A stretch of 64,000 nt of DNA, from positions 55,192 to 119,191 of IMG/VR virus record IMGVR_UViG_2551306228_000004; one strand, given 5' to 3'. Origin of the DNA: a virus. Its lineage: Duplodnaviria > Caudoviricetes. Every line of letters starts with the position of its first letter. Positions within the stretch are counted from its first letter, which is position 1. The position numbers were made by a program, and so were the translations under genes. Of the stretch, positions 18,896-29,693 are shown piece after piece. The notes under the pieces were generated by a model. The model was not told the origin of the DNA, did no database searches, and saw nothing but the letters and a program-made list of their open reading frames with translations.

Positions 18896-20365
18896 TTATG
18901 AAATTCTAAACCAACCAACAACTTTACCAAGTTTAACTGTTCCAGTAGAATCGTAGAGTGAGCCATCCGCCATCCATTGACGTTTCACACGACGAGTGAT
19001 ACCACCGCCACCAATTTCCAATTGGTCATTGATTCCGTTCTTATTATGGTCAGAATATCCATCAATATTCTGTTCCACACCATCAATACTTTTTCCATCT
19101 GAATCCGTCACACAGACACCAATGTGACCATATACCAAACCAGCCGTCTGAATGACATAAAAATCACCTGCTTTAGGATTCACACCCCAAGCATCGTAGA
19201 TTACTTGAAAACCATTTGATTTTGCTTTCTTCAAACAATCAATGGCGTTAGTATAGGACATATTCTTGTCCGTAAGTTCTTGAACAATCTTATCCACCAA
19301 GGCAACACACTGTCCGCCATAAGGGTTAGATGGAACAGTCACCTTTTGACCGACCTTAGATAAAGCTGACGCAACCACACGACTGGCAACACTGGTTGGA
19401 ATAGCGGTTGTTGTCCTTGAAGCTGCGTTGACCTTTAGAGTTTGTCCAACTCTTAAAATATCCGTCTTCTTCAAGCCATTTAACGCAAGAAGAGCATCTA
19501 CTGATAGACCAAACTTCCGAGCGATTCCATAATACGTATCGCCTTTCTGTGCTTGATAGGTCTGCTCACTATGGCCTTTAGTTGTTCCTTCTACATCCTG
19601 CTCAAGCACCCATGACTTGATTCCATCAAGTAGATAAGCTCTCTTACTGTTGGACTGGTGAACATTCTTCACTTGGATGATTTTGTAGGTTCGCCCCTTG
19701 ACCCAGTTGGCAATTTTCTGACCAGTCTGATAATGAGTCGCATGAGGCAACACCCTAAGACTATCACCAACAAGATAGATTGGTTTTGAAGGAGTTCCTG
19801 AACTCCCAACGGTTGAACTGGGGGGCGAGGGAACTATTGTCTTGACTTCAACTCCTGTTATAGCTGATACAAGACCTCTCGCAATGTCCTCTTTCTTGTT
19901 TTCAAAAATCGCCATATCTTGTTCATTATCAATGAAGGCAATCTCCACCAAACGGTAGGTATATCCACGGCTCGCTGCTTGGTTGGCATTATAGAGCCAA
20001 TCTACCTTCTTAATACCACGATTTTGAAAGTATCGTGAAAGGAGAGATAGGATAGCCATATCTTCCTTATCTGCTTCTAAGGAGGATTGAATTAAGACTT
20101 CTGTTCCTTTGGCACTACCATTAAAGGCATTGAAGTGCAATTCAGTAATCGAGTCGTATCCCTTACCAATACTAGTAATACTCCGATAATCATAAACATT
20201 TTGTTCGGTAATAAAATCAATCTGTTGTCCACTGTACTTAGACATTAACTTGGCTAATTCTCGAACCTTTCCTGCTTCTGTGATGCCTAGTTTGGCATTC
20301 ACTGCTCCAGGATCATAGCCTGTTCGCCCCTGTCCATGACCACAAATGACTAGATGTTTTCCCAT
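18896..20365 (-). CDS. Endolysin: amidase_3 + SH3-like + LysM + CHAP
   Basis: ICGHG, ITE, ELHFNA, LVEIAFIDN; LysM YQAQKGDTYYGIARKFG; CHAP GQCVAL...YGHIG...EQN. Confidence 0.9.
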   Translation of the reverse strand: MGKHLVICGHGQGRTGYDPGAVNAKLGITEAGKVRELAKLMSKYSGQQIDFITEQNVYDYRSITSIGKGYDSITELHFNAFNGSAKGTEVLIQSSLEADKEDMAILSLLSRYFQNRGIKKVDWLYNANQAASRGYTYRLVEIAFIDNEQDMAIFENKKEDIARGLVSAITGVEVKTIVPSPPSSTVGSSGTPSKPIYLVGDSLRVLPHATHYQTGQKIANWVKGRTYKIIQVKNVHQSNSKRAYLLDGIKSWVLEQDVEGTTKGHSEQTYQAQKGDTYYGIARKFGLSVDALLALNGLKKTDILRVGQTLKVNAASRTTTAIPTSVASRVVASALSKVGQKVTVPSNPYGGQCVALVDKIVQELTDKNMSYTNAIDCLKKAKSNGFQVIYDAWGVNPKAGDFYVIQTAGLVYGHIGVCVTDSDGKSIDGVEQNIDGYSDHNKNGINDQLEIGGGGITRRVKRQWMADGSLYDSTGTVKLGKVVGWFRIS

Positions 20366-20371
20366 ATCTTA

Positions 20372-20767
20372 TCACCTCTCGTTGATTTGTTTTAAGATTG
20401 CTTGTAGTTTCTCAGGAATTGGTAGACCAATTCTCACGGTATTTTCTAGAATACTTAACCCCTCATTACTGAGATAAAAGAAAATGACCATGGTTCGAAT
20501 TGTTCCACCCTGCTTGATAATAGTTGTATCAATCAGATGACCTAGTGAAACTAAAAATATAATGGCTATCTTTTTAAAGATGCCACGAAAACCAATACTA
20601 CTAGACAATTGTTTCTCTACAACCGCCGCAAAAATTCCTGTTAGATAGTCAATAATAATGAAGACAAGTAGGGCATATAGAATACCATCCAACTCTCCAA
20701 ATAGACTACCAATCAAGCCTCCAATCATGGAAAATAACATCTTATTAAGAGTTAACAGTTCCTTCAT
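20372..20767 (-). CDS. Phage holin (family 4)
   Basis: IIDYLTG...SSIGFRGIFKK...NEGLSILEN. Confidence 0.9.
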   Translation of the reverse strand: MKELLTLNKMLFSMIGGLIGSLFGELDGILYALLVFIIIDYLTGIFAAVVEKQLSSSIGFRGIFKKIAIIFLVSLGHLIDTTIIKQGGTIRTMVIFFYLSNEGLSILENTVRIGLPIPEKLQAILKQINER

Positions 20768-21113
20768 CGGTCACCTCACTTTCTACTGGACCTTCCTGCA
20801 CAATGGTAGGGTCTGACCAATCTGGTTGACCGTTCTCATCAAACCGCATCAGATAGAAACAATCATGGAATAAATCAGAAAGATTCAGAGTTAATGTAGT
20901 GCTGCCCCACTGATTAAAGGCCCAAACCGTTTCTGTTGTAACCAGCTGCCGCTTTCCATTTTTAATGGCAGGTCGCCTTACTTCTTCAAGATACATGTAA
21001 AAATCCTGCTCTGCTGTTTTACAACGTATGAACTCTCCATTCTTACGCATGTAAACGAGAGCTGTTTCCAAATCAAATGGTTCTGTTACTTTGTCAATAT
21101 TGAGAAGTGCCAT
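20745..21113 (-). CDS. Hypothetical protein, weak DUF2829/Tad2-like pattern
   Basis: 122 aa; FDLETALVYMRKNGEFIR...FYMYL...LSDLFHDCFYLM. Confidence 0.5.
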   Translation of the reverse strand: MALLNIDKVTEPFDLETALVYMRKNGEFIRCKTAEQDFYMYLEEVRRPAIKNGKRQLVTTETVWAFNQWGSTTLTLNLSDLFHDCFYLMRFDENGQPDWSDPTIVQEGPVESEVTDEGTVNS

Positions 21114-21118
21114 AATAA

Positions 21119-21325
21119 CTATTCCCCTTTCCCTTCTTCAGGTTTTGTCTGAACTTCTAACAGTTCTGTCAATTCCTGTTTTTCTTTACGCAATAGGCTA
21201 AGTTCCTCATCCCTTTCCACTAGTTGGATGGCAATGAGGTTCTTAGCGGTGATTTCATCAGATAGCTTGGTCACAAGCTCTTGGATAGTTAGTTTTAGTG
21301 ATTGGTTGATTTGTTCTAGATTCAT
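21119..21325 (-). CDS. Small coiled-coil protein downstream of tail protein
   Basis: 68 aa, AAGGAG RBS. Confidence 0.7.
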   Translation of the reverse strand: MNLEQINQSLKLTIQELVTKLSDEITAKNLIAIQLVERDEELSLLRKEKQELTELLEVQTKPEEGKGE

Positions 21326-21337
21326 CTGTGAACTCCT

Positions 21338-24300
21338 TTATTTAATCGTATCCCATGTCAAGATGACGTCACCTCGACCAGTGATGTTTACTAAGTGTTT
21401 AAAATTGTGGTTGAATTGATGGAGAACATCTTTCAAACTGACGTAGGTTGTACCGTTTCGATAGATGCGGATATCTCCGATATTCAAAATTGAACTTGGT
21501 CGATCAGATGCTTTAAAGGCATCAATACTCAGTCGGTTAGGCAACGTTACTATTTCCCAGCCATCTGGATTGGTATATGGAGCACTGGCCAAACGAACCT
21601 TATCACCTACCACATCAATTTGGTCGGTATCTGTACCGTTCCATGCTCGAATTCCTACAAAACCACCGTCATTGGCATTCCAGTTGTTCCATCGATTGGA
21701 ACCGATAATGGTTACACCACATGGCTTACCGTTTGAGGTACCTGTTTCAAATGAAACCCATTGGTGGGGATAGCCACTAACCTCACGAGAAATGGATGGA
21801 GAGTTTGTAAAGAATTTGATGTTTCCAAGTGATAAATTGATTTTCATAGCTCCGTTGATTGCTGACAAGATTCCACCAGAAATTTTGTTGGCAGATAGGG
21901 TTATTGACTGCACTTGGGTTATAAAGGCTGATTTGGCAAACAACTGCTTGAGATAGGCTTCTGTTGCCATAAACTTGGTAAAGAAAGCTTGGTCAACCTT
22001 TAACTTATCCGCAGTGATTGCTTCTGCTCCAATTCGAGCTGCAGTGATAATACCTGTCGTAATCTTGCCTGCATCAAGACTTGCAATCTTACCACTTGAG
22101 ATGACACCCTCTTGGATATAGGTAGTTCCTGTAATTTGGACGAGTTTTCCATCGATTTTGACTGTGCCATCCTTATTGAGATTGAGCTGACTCAGGACTG
22201 TTCCTGCACTGGTCAAATTTCGAACCGACCACGACCCTGCAAGAGTTGAAACTTGAGTTTGAATGGCATTGACGGCAGCCGTTGTCGCTCGACTTGTTTC
22301 TAGATTGCCAACTCGTGTCACAATCCCAGTAGCCGTTTGAACAACCTGACTGATTTGATTGGTGTGATCTCCAATTGTTCGAGTGTGACTGCTTACAGTA
22401 TCCCGCACTTCATGAAAGGCGGTTACAGTCGTAAAGTCATCTAATGACGGTGTCCAATAGTCTGGAAAAATATCACCAGTTGATACCATTAAGGCTCTCA
22501 CATGGAACTTACCAGTCTTAACCCCATCAACTCTGACTTGAAGTTCAAATCCTTTAGAGTGTTGGTACATCTCTTGAGTGACAGTGGCGGTCAGTTTTAT
22601 CAAGCGATAGTTGTTACCCGTCGTCAGATTACTGCTCCATTTATTATAGAAAGGGTGATACAAATTCCAGTTAGTCCATGTCCAAGCATTTTGATTATCC
22701 AAAATTGGACCTTGAAGTTTCATAGTACGAGTCGTCACAGCAGGGTCAAAGGTAATCTCATCCGCTGAGATATGAACATATAAATGCACTTTCGACCCAA
22801 CATATATACCGCTTCCATCTCCAAATTGCACCCTTCCTAAAGAGGCTATCCAGTTGCTATTGGCATTTATCGTCTGATAAGTACCCCATCTATCCGAAGT
22901 ACCAGCTATCAAGTTGCGATGCGAAACTGATGAAGGGATTCTGCTTTCCGTTTGACTGATTCGTTGAGTAAAACTATCAGAGGTGGTTCTAACCAAATTC
23001 TGCACACTAGTTGTTGTCGCATAGGGTTGTAGTGAACTGCTGGTTAGATAACCACGACCCGTTATATTGGAATCAACCTGAGACTTGGTTTGGTAGCCTT
23101 TTGAGTTAATGGCAGATTCAACTTGCGTACTTGTTAGTCGTTGTTCAATTTGCCCAGCCTGTGTTCGGATAGTGGTTTCTGCACTTGCTATTCGACCGCT
23201 CAAGCTATTAAAATCAGTCTTTGCGACTTTCTGTGAGATGGCGTCATTGGCAATCCTTAATTCTGCCTTGGTTTGGGTAATCTGATTTGCGTTTGTATTG
23301 GCCTTAGCCAAGGCATTGTCAGCGGTTGTTTTGACCCCTTCAAGAACGGTCTTATCAGCCTTAAGCAAGATAGATTGTTGCGTCTGTTGGATGGATGTAG
23401 TATGTCCCTCAACAGTTCGTTTCAAGTGATTGAAATCCGTTTGACTAACCTTTGAGGATACATCCGAAACTAATTGGCGAATCTGTGTCTCGCTACTAGA
23501 AATCTTTCCATTTGCCTCAGTTAATCTTGTAGAAACCTGCTCTACACCAGAAGCCGTTTGAGTGATGAGTGTCCGTTGGGTGTTCAATTCACCAGCAATA
23601 TCTGCTGGATTTTCTGAATAGCCTGTGTCTAGTGAGGTCTTTGCGACTTTCAATCCTGCCACATAGAATTTATTGCCATTTGGGATAGTGCTGCCATTGT
23701 ACTCTGTCCGAAATTGGAGTGATCCATCAGATAAGACATGAACTGTTTTCCAGTAGCGTTTCCAGTCACTTGTGACAGATATGATATCATCAGATTCTCT
23801 CACTCTTGCGACTGGAGCACGATAGACACTCGAACCAGTCCAAACAGATGAGACTTTAATGGAGGAGAGAGGTTGATTAGCTCTAGCATAAAAGCTAAAG
23901 GTTATAACATCTCCTGCTTTCACAACAATATTCTGATGACTTCCGTTATAACCCGCTTGGGTAGAGCGAACTACCAGTCCTCTGAAATTCTCTGTTTCGG
24001 TAAACCAGTTGTTCCCTAAATGCCAGGCATTTCCTCTATTCGACCAATCGCGAGTACCAGTCATCAAATTTAGACCATCTAGGCTAGTTGGAATTTTCGC
24101 ATCCACCTGACTGATTTCAGTTGTTATGCGATTCCCCAATTGCGTAATCGAGGACTCGGCAGTTTCGATTCTCTGTTTTGCTTGGTTAAAATCGCTAGTC
24201 TTTACTCGCTGAGAAATTTGGTCTGCTTGTACTTGAATCATGGATTCTGCACCGGTTACTCGACCAGTCAGACTATCCACCAGTTGCTTACTCGCAAGAA

Positions 24301-25900
24301 GTTTTATATCCTCCTTGGTTTGCGAGAGATTGGTACTGACAGTAGCCAACTGTCCACTTAATAGTGATTTTGCTACATCAACCAATCGACTAGCTTCAGT
24401 GATAGCTTGTGATTTCGCTGTCGCAATCTTTGACTCTGTTTGACTACGCTCCGTTGAAGTCAGGCGGTTAGCTTCTTGAATAGCATCAAGCTTGGCTTGT
24501 TCTGCCCTCCTGAGGGCTTCAGTTGCCCCAGTTTGAGCCTGTTCTGCTTTTTGTTTGGCTTCTGTAGCTAGGTTGGTGTTTACCCCAGCCTTTTCCAATA
24601 ATTCACGAGTTGTGCGTTGCTGCTCCTCTTCCTGCTGCCGCATCTGTTGGTGAATAGAAGTAAGTTCATTATCAATGCTGGCCTTTAATCGATCCGCATA
24701 AACCTCCCCATGACTTTGAGCCTGTTCTATAGCGTTATCGATGGCTACTTGACGTTTCTCAAATTCCGCATCAAATGCTCTATTGGCATTCTCAAGGGCA
24801 ATTTCAACGGCAACATCCTCACTCCGCTTATTCCCATCAAGGAGATTATTTACTAGGGTAGTCAAGCTACCGCCAGTTTTACCTGTACCAATACCTGCCT
24901 TATCATCAAATGTGATAGAGCGGTAATTCTTAGCTAAAGGATCATAATCATAAGCTATGGCTTTCTTCCTAACATCAATCCCGTGTAGCTTGCTTTTTAA
25001 AGTCACTGTATCGCCTAGATGAACCGTTTGACCATCTAACTCAAATGCCTCAATGATGATGGCATCTTTTGGTTTATCAATTCCCTCTAAGCGAAACTTG
25101 CTACTAGCCCACTCTATTAACTCTTGACGAGTTCTGACGCTATTATTTGTATAGGTCACTTCATTGATGAAAGGATAGAAGTTAATCAACGGACTATCTA
25201 CAGTGACTTGAAGTACAGTCTCCCTATCCTCCCCCTCTTGTTTGAAACTTGAAGTGGCATGGATACGAGTGATAACCTGTGAACTTTCTTTGGTTCGTTG
25301 ATACTTTTTCAAATTGTAGTGAGTAGAGATAACAACTCCACGGTCTTGTCCTCGCTCACTTTTAATTGATAGGGCAAGGTTATCTCGAACCAATTCTCCC
25401 TCCCAAGTTCCAAGGATAGAGTGTTTACCATCCAGTAGTGTGGAGTAAAGCGTCTGTTCCTTGTCTGTTGTATAGGTTCTGTTCTTGACAATATCACTTG
25501 TAAAAGAAAAATCTCCCAGTGGAGACTTGCTCGCCATGACTAGAGAAGAGAGAGCTGTTGCACAGGCAACTTGTTCACAAGAAAAAGGAGAAATAATTCT
25601 AGTCATGACATCATCTGAAATATGATAAGCTGTCACTTCTAGAGTTGAATCACCTTCAATAATTTTCTTGATTCGAAACAACTGGTGTCCTAATACTGGT
25701 ACTGGACTTCGAACCAAATAATCCTCTTTAACCTCACGATACAAACCACTATCCGTAATTGGATAGGTAAAGGTCAAAACAAAATCCCCATTCAAGGTTT
25801 CCTTGACACTTGCCTTAATGGTTTCAGGAAGTGGTTTTCCATGCCATTTTGCCGTTCGAACAGTTTTGTCCAATAATGATAACACTAAGCCCACCCCCAA
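21338..25900 (-). CDS. Tal / host-specificity tail protein
   Basis: N-terminal Tal-like region (GQDRGVVI), long coiled-coil repeats, two beta-rich CBM-like inserts (NLMTGTRDW, RNLIAGTSDRW), gp58-like C-terminal part; real start probably near 25885. Confidence 0.85.
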   Translation of the reverse strand: MGVGLVLSLLDKTVRTAKWHGKPLPETIKASVKETLNGDFVLTFTYPITDSGLYREVKEDYLVRSPVPVLGHQLFRIKKIIEGDSTLEVTAYHISDDVMTRIISPFSCEQVACATALSSLVMASKSPLGDFSFTSDIVKNRTYTTDKEQTLYSTLLDGKHSILGTWEGELVRDNLALSIKSERGQDRGVVISTHYNLKKYQRTKESSQVITRIHATSSFKQEGEDRETVLQVTVDSPLINFYPFINEVTYTNNSVRTRQELIEWASSKFRLEGIDKPKDAIIIEAFELDGQTVHLGDTVTLKSKLHGIDVRKKAIAYDYDPLAKNYRSITFDDKAGIGTGKTGGSLTTLVNNLLDGNKRSEDVAVEIALENANRAFDAEFEKRQVAIDNAIEQAQSHGEVYADRLKASIDNELTSIHQQMRQQEEEQQRTTRELLEKAGVNTNLATEAKQKAEQAQTGATEALRRAEQAKLDAIQEANRLTSTERSQTESKIATAKSQAITEASRLVDVAKSLLSGQLATVSTNLSQTKEDIKLLASKQLVDSLTGRVTGAESMIQVQADQISQRVKTSDFNQAKQRIETAESSITQLGNRITTEISQVDAKIPTSLDGLNLMTGTRDWSNRGNAWHLGNNWFTETENFRGLVVRSTQAGYNGSHQNIVVKAGDVITFSFYARANQPLSSIKVSSVWTGSSVYRAPVARVRESDDIISVTSDWKRYWKTVHVLSDGSLQFRTEYNGSTIPNGNKFYVAGLKVAKTSLDTGYSENPADIAGELNTQRTLITQTASGVEQVSTRLTEANGKISSSETQIRQLVSDVSSKVSQTDFNHLKRTVEGHTTSIQQTQQSILLKADKTVLEGVKTTADNALAKANTNANQITQTKAELRIANDAISQKVAKTDFNSLSGRIASAETTIRTQAGQIEQRLTSTQVESAINSKGYQTKSQVDSNITGRGYLTSSSLQPYATTTSVQNLVRTTSDSFTQRISQTESRIPSSVSHRNLIAGTSDRWGTYQTINANSNWIASLGRVQFGDGSGIYVGSKVHLYVHISADEITFDPAVTTRTMKLQGPILDNQNAWTWTNWNLYHPFYNKWSSNLTTGNNYRLIKLTATVTQEMYQHSKGFELQVRVDGVKTGKFHVRALMVSTGDIFPDYWTPSLDDFTTVTAFHEVRDTVSSHTRTIGDHTNQISQVVQTATGIVTRVGNLETSRATTAAVNAIQTQVSTLAGSWSVRNLTSAGTVLSQLNLNKDGTVKIDGKLVQITGTTYIQEGVISSGKIASLDAGKITTGIITAARIGAEAITADKLKVDQAFFTKFMATEAYLKQLFAKSAFITQVQSITLSANKISGGILSAINGAMKINLSLGNIKFFTNSPSISREVSGYPHQWVSFETGTSNGKPCGVTIIGSNRWNNWNANDGGFVGIRAWNGTDTDQIDVVGDKVRLASAPYTNPDGWEIVTLPNRLSIDAFKASDRPSSILNIGDIRIYRNGTTYVSLKDVLHQFNHNFKHLVNITGRGDVILTWDTIK

Positions 25901-26607
25901 TTCATTTCTATTGTTAATGATGTGATGCCAGCACCTAAGACAACTCCAACCGAGTCATTTCTGGCCGCATCAATGGAAATAAAATCGCCAGACCATTTTA
26001 CAGGCTGACCTCTTTGTGTCTTAAAACTTGGCTGACTAGGATTATTATCCATAATGAGTGTTTCTTGTAATCGCTCCAAGCGTATGACATCATCCCCAAT
26101 CGTAAAGCTAGTTTCACTAGTCGAGTTGCCACTTATGGTAATCTTCGGAAAAGCAATGGCTGAACCTTGACTTCTCAAAGTACCACTAGTCCTAAACACC
26201 TGCGAGGTCGTCGTTTTGAACCACTTGGTTGGGTGACAAGAAAATGTAACCTTAAACTCATACACCCCCAGCTTATCCTTTTGAACTGGAGTATGGTGTA
26301 CCTTGTAACACCAAAAACGTATGGTCTTGAAACTAGCGTTCTCAAGCCAAAATCCTTCTTTCAAAAATAGCTTCAAAAAGGATAATAACTGTTCTTCACT
26401 AGGTTTTACAAGATAGAGGGTGTAGATCAGTTCCATGACACTTCTGCGAGGATTGGTTTGAAGAACCGCTCCTGACAGGCCTTGGTGTTCTATCAATTGC
26501 GTCTTACTTTCACTTACTGTGATTGAAGGACTATCTTCCACGATTACCTTAAAAGGAAAAGAACTCGTGGACACTCCACCAATGGTTAATGCATTATGTC
26601 TAATCAT
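25885..26607 (-). CDS. Distal tail protein (Dit)
   Basis: 240 aa between tape measure and Tal. Confidence 0.8.
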   Translation of the reverse strand: MIRHNALTIGGVSTSSFPFKVIVEDSPSITVSESKTQLIEHQGLSGAVLQTNPRRSVMELIYTLYLVKPSEEQLLSFLKLFLKEGFWLENASFKTIRFWCYKVHHTPVQKDKLGVYEFKVTFSCHPTKWFKTTTSQVFRTSGTLRSQGSAIAFPKITISGNSTSETSFTIGDDVIRLERLQETLIMDNNPSQPSFKTQRGQPVKWSGDFISIDAARNDSVGVVLGAGITSLTIEMNWGWA

Positions 26608-29462
26608 GGTTTCACTCCTCTCAATCCTTGCTGACGTTCTAATTCATATACTAGTTTCTCTCCAACCATCTCCGCTAGTCGATGAAGGTCAGTCTCTTCA
26701 CTTACTGTGTTACCTGTAATAGTGATGTGAATGGTCGGTAGATTGCTTGTCATGGTCTTTGCGATTCCTCGACCAATTGCACCTAACGTTTGTTCATTCA
26801 AAGGCAAGACTGCTTCTTTTCCAGCCTCACCTCCAACCATTAGGCTATTGCCGTTTACCCCAAATGCGGTTGGTTTGGTTAAAATTCCTCCTTTGGCATA
26901 CCAATCTATAGAAATTCTTGGAATTCCACCCTTCAACCAATCGAGCGGATTGGCTGAACCAGATACTCGAAAATGAGGAAGGGGAATATGTGGCCATCTG
27001 ATTTGGAAGTTAAAAAGATTTTTAATGGCATTGATGGCATTACTCACGGCATCTCTTGCACCATTGATAGCACTTGAAATGGTATTTTTCACACCGTTCC
27101 AAACAGATGATACTGTATTGGATATGCCATTCAGAATATTGGATACGGTACTACTGATACCATTCCATATGGTTGATACTGTTGAACCAATCGCAGACAG
27201 GACACTAGAAATTGTCGACTGAATAGCTGACCAGATAGATGAAATGACAGAACTAATGGCAGATAGAACATTTGAGATGGTATTCTTGATACCTGTCCAA
27301 ACAGTTGAGATGTACTGGGCGATGAAATTGAGGGCTAAGGAAATAAGGGACTTGATCCCCTCCCATGCTATCGACAAGACCTGTTTGATGGTTTCCCAAG
27401 CGCCAGTCCAATCACCAGTGATAACTTGCATGACTGCCTTGATGATACCAAGTACCACATTGATAGCAGTCTCGACCACAATCTTTATCATCTCCCAAGC
27501 GGCTGTGATGATGAGTTTGATATTCTCCCAACTTGCTTGGATGAGCGGTCCAAGAATAGTCATTACCGTTTGTATAACGGTAGTGATGGCATTCCATACC
27601 GTGGTTGCAGCATTTAGAATCAATTGCTGGTTTTCAGTCCACCATGTGGTTAGCGTTCCCCAGATGGACATAACAAAACTAGAAATCTGCTGGATGATCA
27701 TGGACAGAAAGGCATAGATACTATTCCAGATTTCCGTCACAACCGTTCGAAAGCCTTCGTGATTCGTCCAGAGTTCTTTTAACCCAACAATCAGTAAGGT
27801 AATGGCAGCTACAATACCAACAATAATCCCCACAATCGGCAAGAATGCCGTTATCATTCCAACAACGGTTGTCCCCATAGCGGCTGCCGCAACCTGTAAG
27901 CCCAAGAAAACTGGAAGTAACATCCCTACCACGGCTAAAATACCTGTGAAGATAATGACGACTTCCTTGATGGGACTGGATAAGTTGGTAAACCAAGTCG
28001 CTAGTTGACTAACAATGTCTGCCAAACTTTGAAAGACTGGAATAAGCATCTCCAGAATCGGTTGACCGATTGCTGCTAGAGCATTAGTTCCAGACTGTCT
28101 TAAGTTACCCAGAACGTTTTCCAGTCCGTCTGATTCCCTTGCAGCTTGTCCCAGGGCTCCAGAGAGTTCATTGCCGTCCTCTACCATTTGAAGGAGGGTT
28201 AACTGCTTCTGAGCTTCTGAAAGTTCATTGAAGGACTTTCCATAGAGCTTGTTTGCCGCTGCATTACGAGTGGTTTCTGTCGCAGAAATACCTAGAGCTG
28301 CGTCATTTTCATAGTTTCCTTTGAGGAAGGACTGCAGGTTTTCGGTGACTTCTTCGATGGATTTGTCGTAAAATGCTGCCCCATCAGCCGCTGCTCTGGT
28401 GGCACGAGTGGTCAGATCCAAAGCCTGAGCCGTATCCATCCCAGAGGTTTTGGCAAAGGAAGCCATCTGAGTGAAGGAGCCTTGAAGACGCTCTGGAACA
28501 ATGTCCATCTCTTCCCCAATCTTATTGAGGGCATCCTTAGCAGAATTCTCCATATCCCCAAATACGGTAGAGAATTGGGCATTGCTGGCTTGAAGTTGAG
28601 CTGCCGCAGACATGGACTCTGTTCCGACTTCGAAGATTTTCTGAGAGATGTCTGCTAGCTTCTCACTGGTCGCTTGAAGTGCCTCAGCCCGAATGGTGTC
28701 AGACATGGCTTTCATGCCATCCTGAGCACCATCGGCAGAGGATTTAGTCTCATCCATCTCGTTGTTCAGGTTATTGAGTGCGGTCTTTGCTTGATTCAAC
28801 TCAGCTTCCATCTTATTGGCTTCAATGGAATTCTCACCATATTCACTCTTTGTCAGGGCTAGTTGCTTTTCGAGATTGGAAATCTGTTTAGAAACAATTT
28901 CTGACTGTGCTCCAATCTTTTGTTGGGCTATGGCATTGCGTTCTGCTTCGGAACTATTGGATGACAAAGCACTTTCTTGTAACTCAAATTGAGATATGAC
29001 CTTGTTCATCTCACTTGCTAACTGCCCCTGCTCCACTTGGAGTTTATCTAATTGTTGAGCCGCTGAACTACTAGCTCGACCGTGATTCTCAAGTGTTGAT
29101 GACACATCAGCTAACTTAGTTTCATAGGACGTTAGCAACCTTTGAGTAGTTTCCACCTCACGTTGAAAGGCACGGTACTGGTCTGCCCCAATATCCCCAG
29201 CCTTAAATTGAGCTTCCACCTGTGATTGGGCTTGACGGAGCGTTGCCAATTTTTCTTTGGTTGTCTCGACTTGTTTTGCCAAGACTTCCTGCTTTTGAGT
29301 AAGGAGGGTGACATTGCCTGTATCAAACTTGAGAGCCTTATCAATTTGTCTTAGTTCTTTGGTAGCTTCAGATGCTTGTTTGTTTACACCCTTTAAGGCA
29401 TCTTGTAAGGGTTGAGTATCGCCACCAATTTCAATCGTAATTCCCTTTATGTTTCCTGCCAT
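26604..29462 (-). CDS. Tape measure protein
   Basis: MAGNIKGITIEIGGDT, Trp-periodic repeats, WYAKGG...GEAGKEAVLPL. Confidence 0.92.
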   Translation of the reverse strand: MAGNIKGITIEIGGDTQPLQDALKGVNKQASEATKELRQIDKALKFDTGNVTLLTQKQEVLAKQVETTKEKLATLRQAQSQVEAQFKAGDIGADQYRAFQREVETTQRLLTSYETKLADVSSTLENHGRASSSAAQQLDKLQVEQGQLASEMNKVISQFELQESALSSNSSEAERNAIAQQKIGAQSEIVSKQISNLEKQLALTKSEYGENSIEANKMEAELNQAKTALNNLNNEMDETKSSADGAQDGMKAMSDTIRAEALQATSEKLADISQKIFEVGTESMSAAAQLQASNAQFSTVFGDMENSAKDALNKIGEEMDIVPERLQGSFTQMASFAKTSGMDTAQALDLTTRATRAAADGAAFYDKSIEEVTENLQSFLKGNYENDAALGISATETTRNAAANKLYGKSFNELSEAQKQLTLLQMVEDGNELSGALGQAARESDGLENVLGNLRQSGTNALAAIGQPILEMLIPVFQSLADIVSQLATWFTNLSSPIKEVVIIFTGILAVVGMLLPVFLGLQVAAAAMGTTVVGMITAFLPIVGIIVGIVAAITLLIVGLKELWTNHEGFRTVVTEIWNSIYAFLSMIIQQISSFVMSIWGTLTTWWTENQQLILNAATTVWNAITTVIQTVMTILGPLIQASWENIKLIITAAWEMIKIVVETAINVVLGIIKAVMQVITGDWTGAWETIKQVLSIAWEGIKSLISLALNFIAQYISTVWTGIKNTISNVLSAISSVISSIWSAIQSTISSVLSAIGSTVSTIWNGISSTVSNILNGISNTVSSVWNGVKNTISSAINGARDAVSNAINAIKNLFNFQIRWPHIPLPHFRVSGSANPLDWLKGGIPRISIDWYAKGGILTKPTAFGVNGNSLMVGGEAGKEAVLPLNEQTLGAIGRGIAKTMTSNLPTIHITITGNTVSEETDLHRLAEMVGEKLVYELERQQGLRGVKP

Positions 29463-29480
29463 AGTCCCTCCTTTCTACCA

Positions 29481-29693
29481 TCAGAAATTATCAAAATCAG
29501 CTTGAGTTGCTGGGCGTGTTTGAGAAGTTTCTCGAGTACGCATCTCCACATAGTCCGTTTGGTAGTCAAGTGCCATCCCAATAGAGATATGTTTTAAATC
29601 GTCAATAGTCAGACCAGTCTCCTTACAACAGGAGAAATAACTCTCTACTGTGAAGATTTCTTCACTCGCTGTTTCTGTTTCATCTGCTTTTTT
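29481..29693 (-). CDS. Tail assembly chaperone C-terminal extension (gpT-like, reached by -1 frameshift)
   Basis: -1 frame after A AAA AAG reads KKADETE...ATQADFDNF*. Confidence 0.75.
   Translation of the reverse strand, partial: KKADETETASEEIFTVESYFSCCKETGLTIDDLKHISIGMALDYQTDYVEMRTRETSQTRPATQADFDNF

Noticed and set aside
21338-25900. Possible diversity-generating retroelement or invertible tail locus
   Set aside because: No reverse transcriptase, TR/VR pair or invertase with inverted repeats seen
26731-28008. Several 60-157 aa ORFs over the tape measure gene
   Set aside because: By-products of repetitive codon usage; no RBS or recognisable motif
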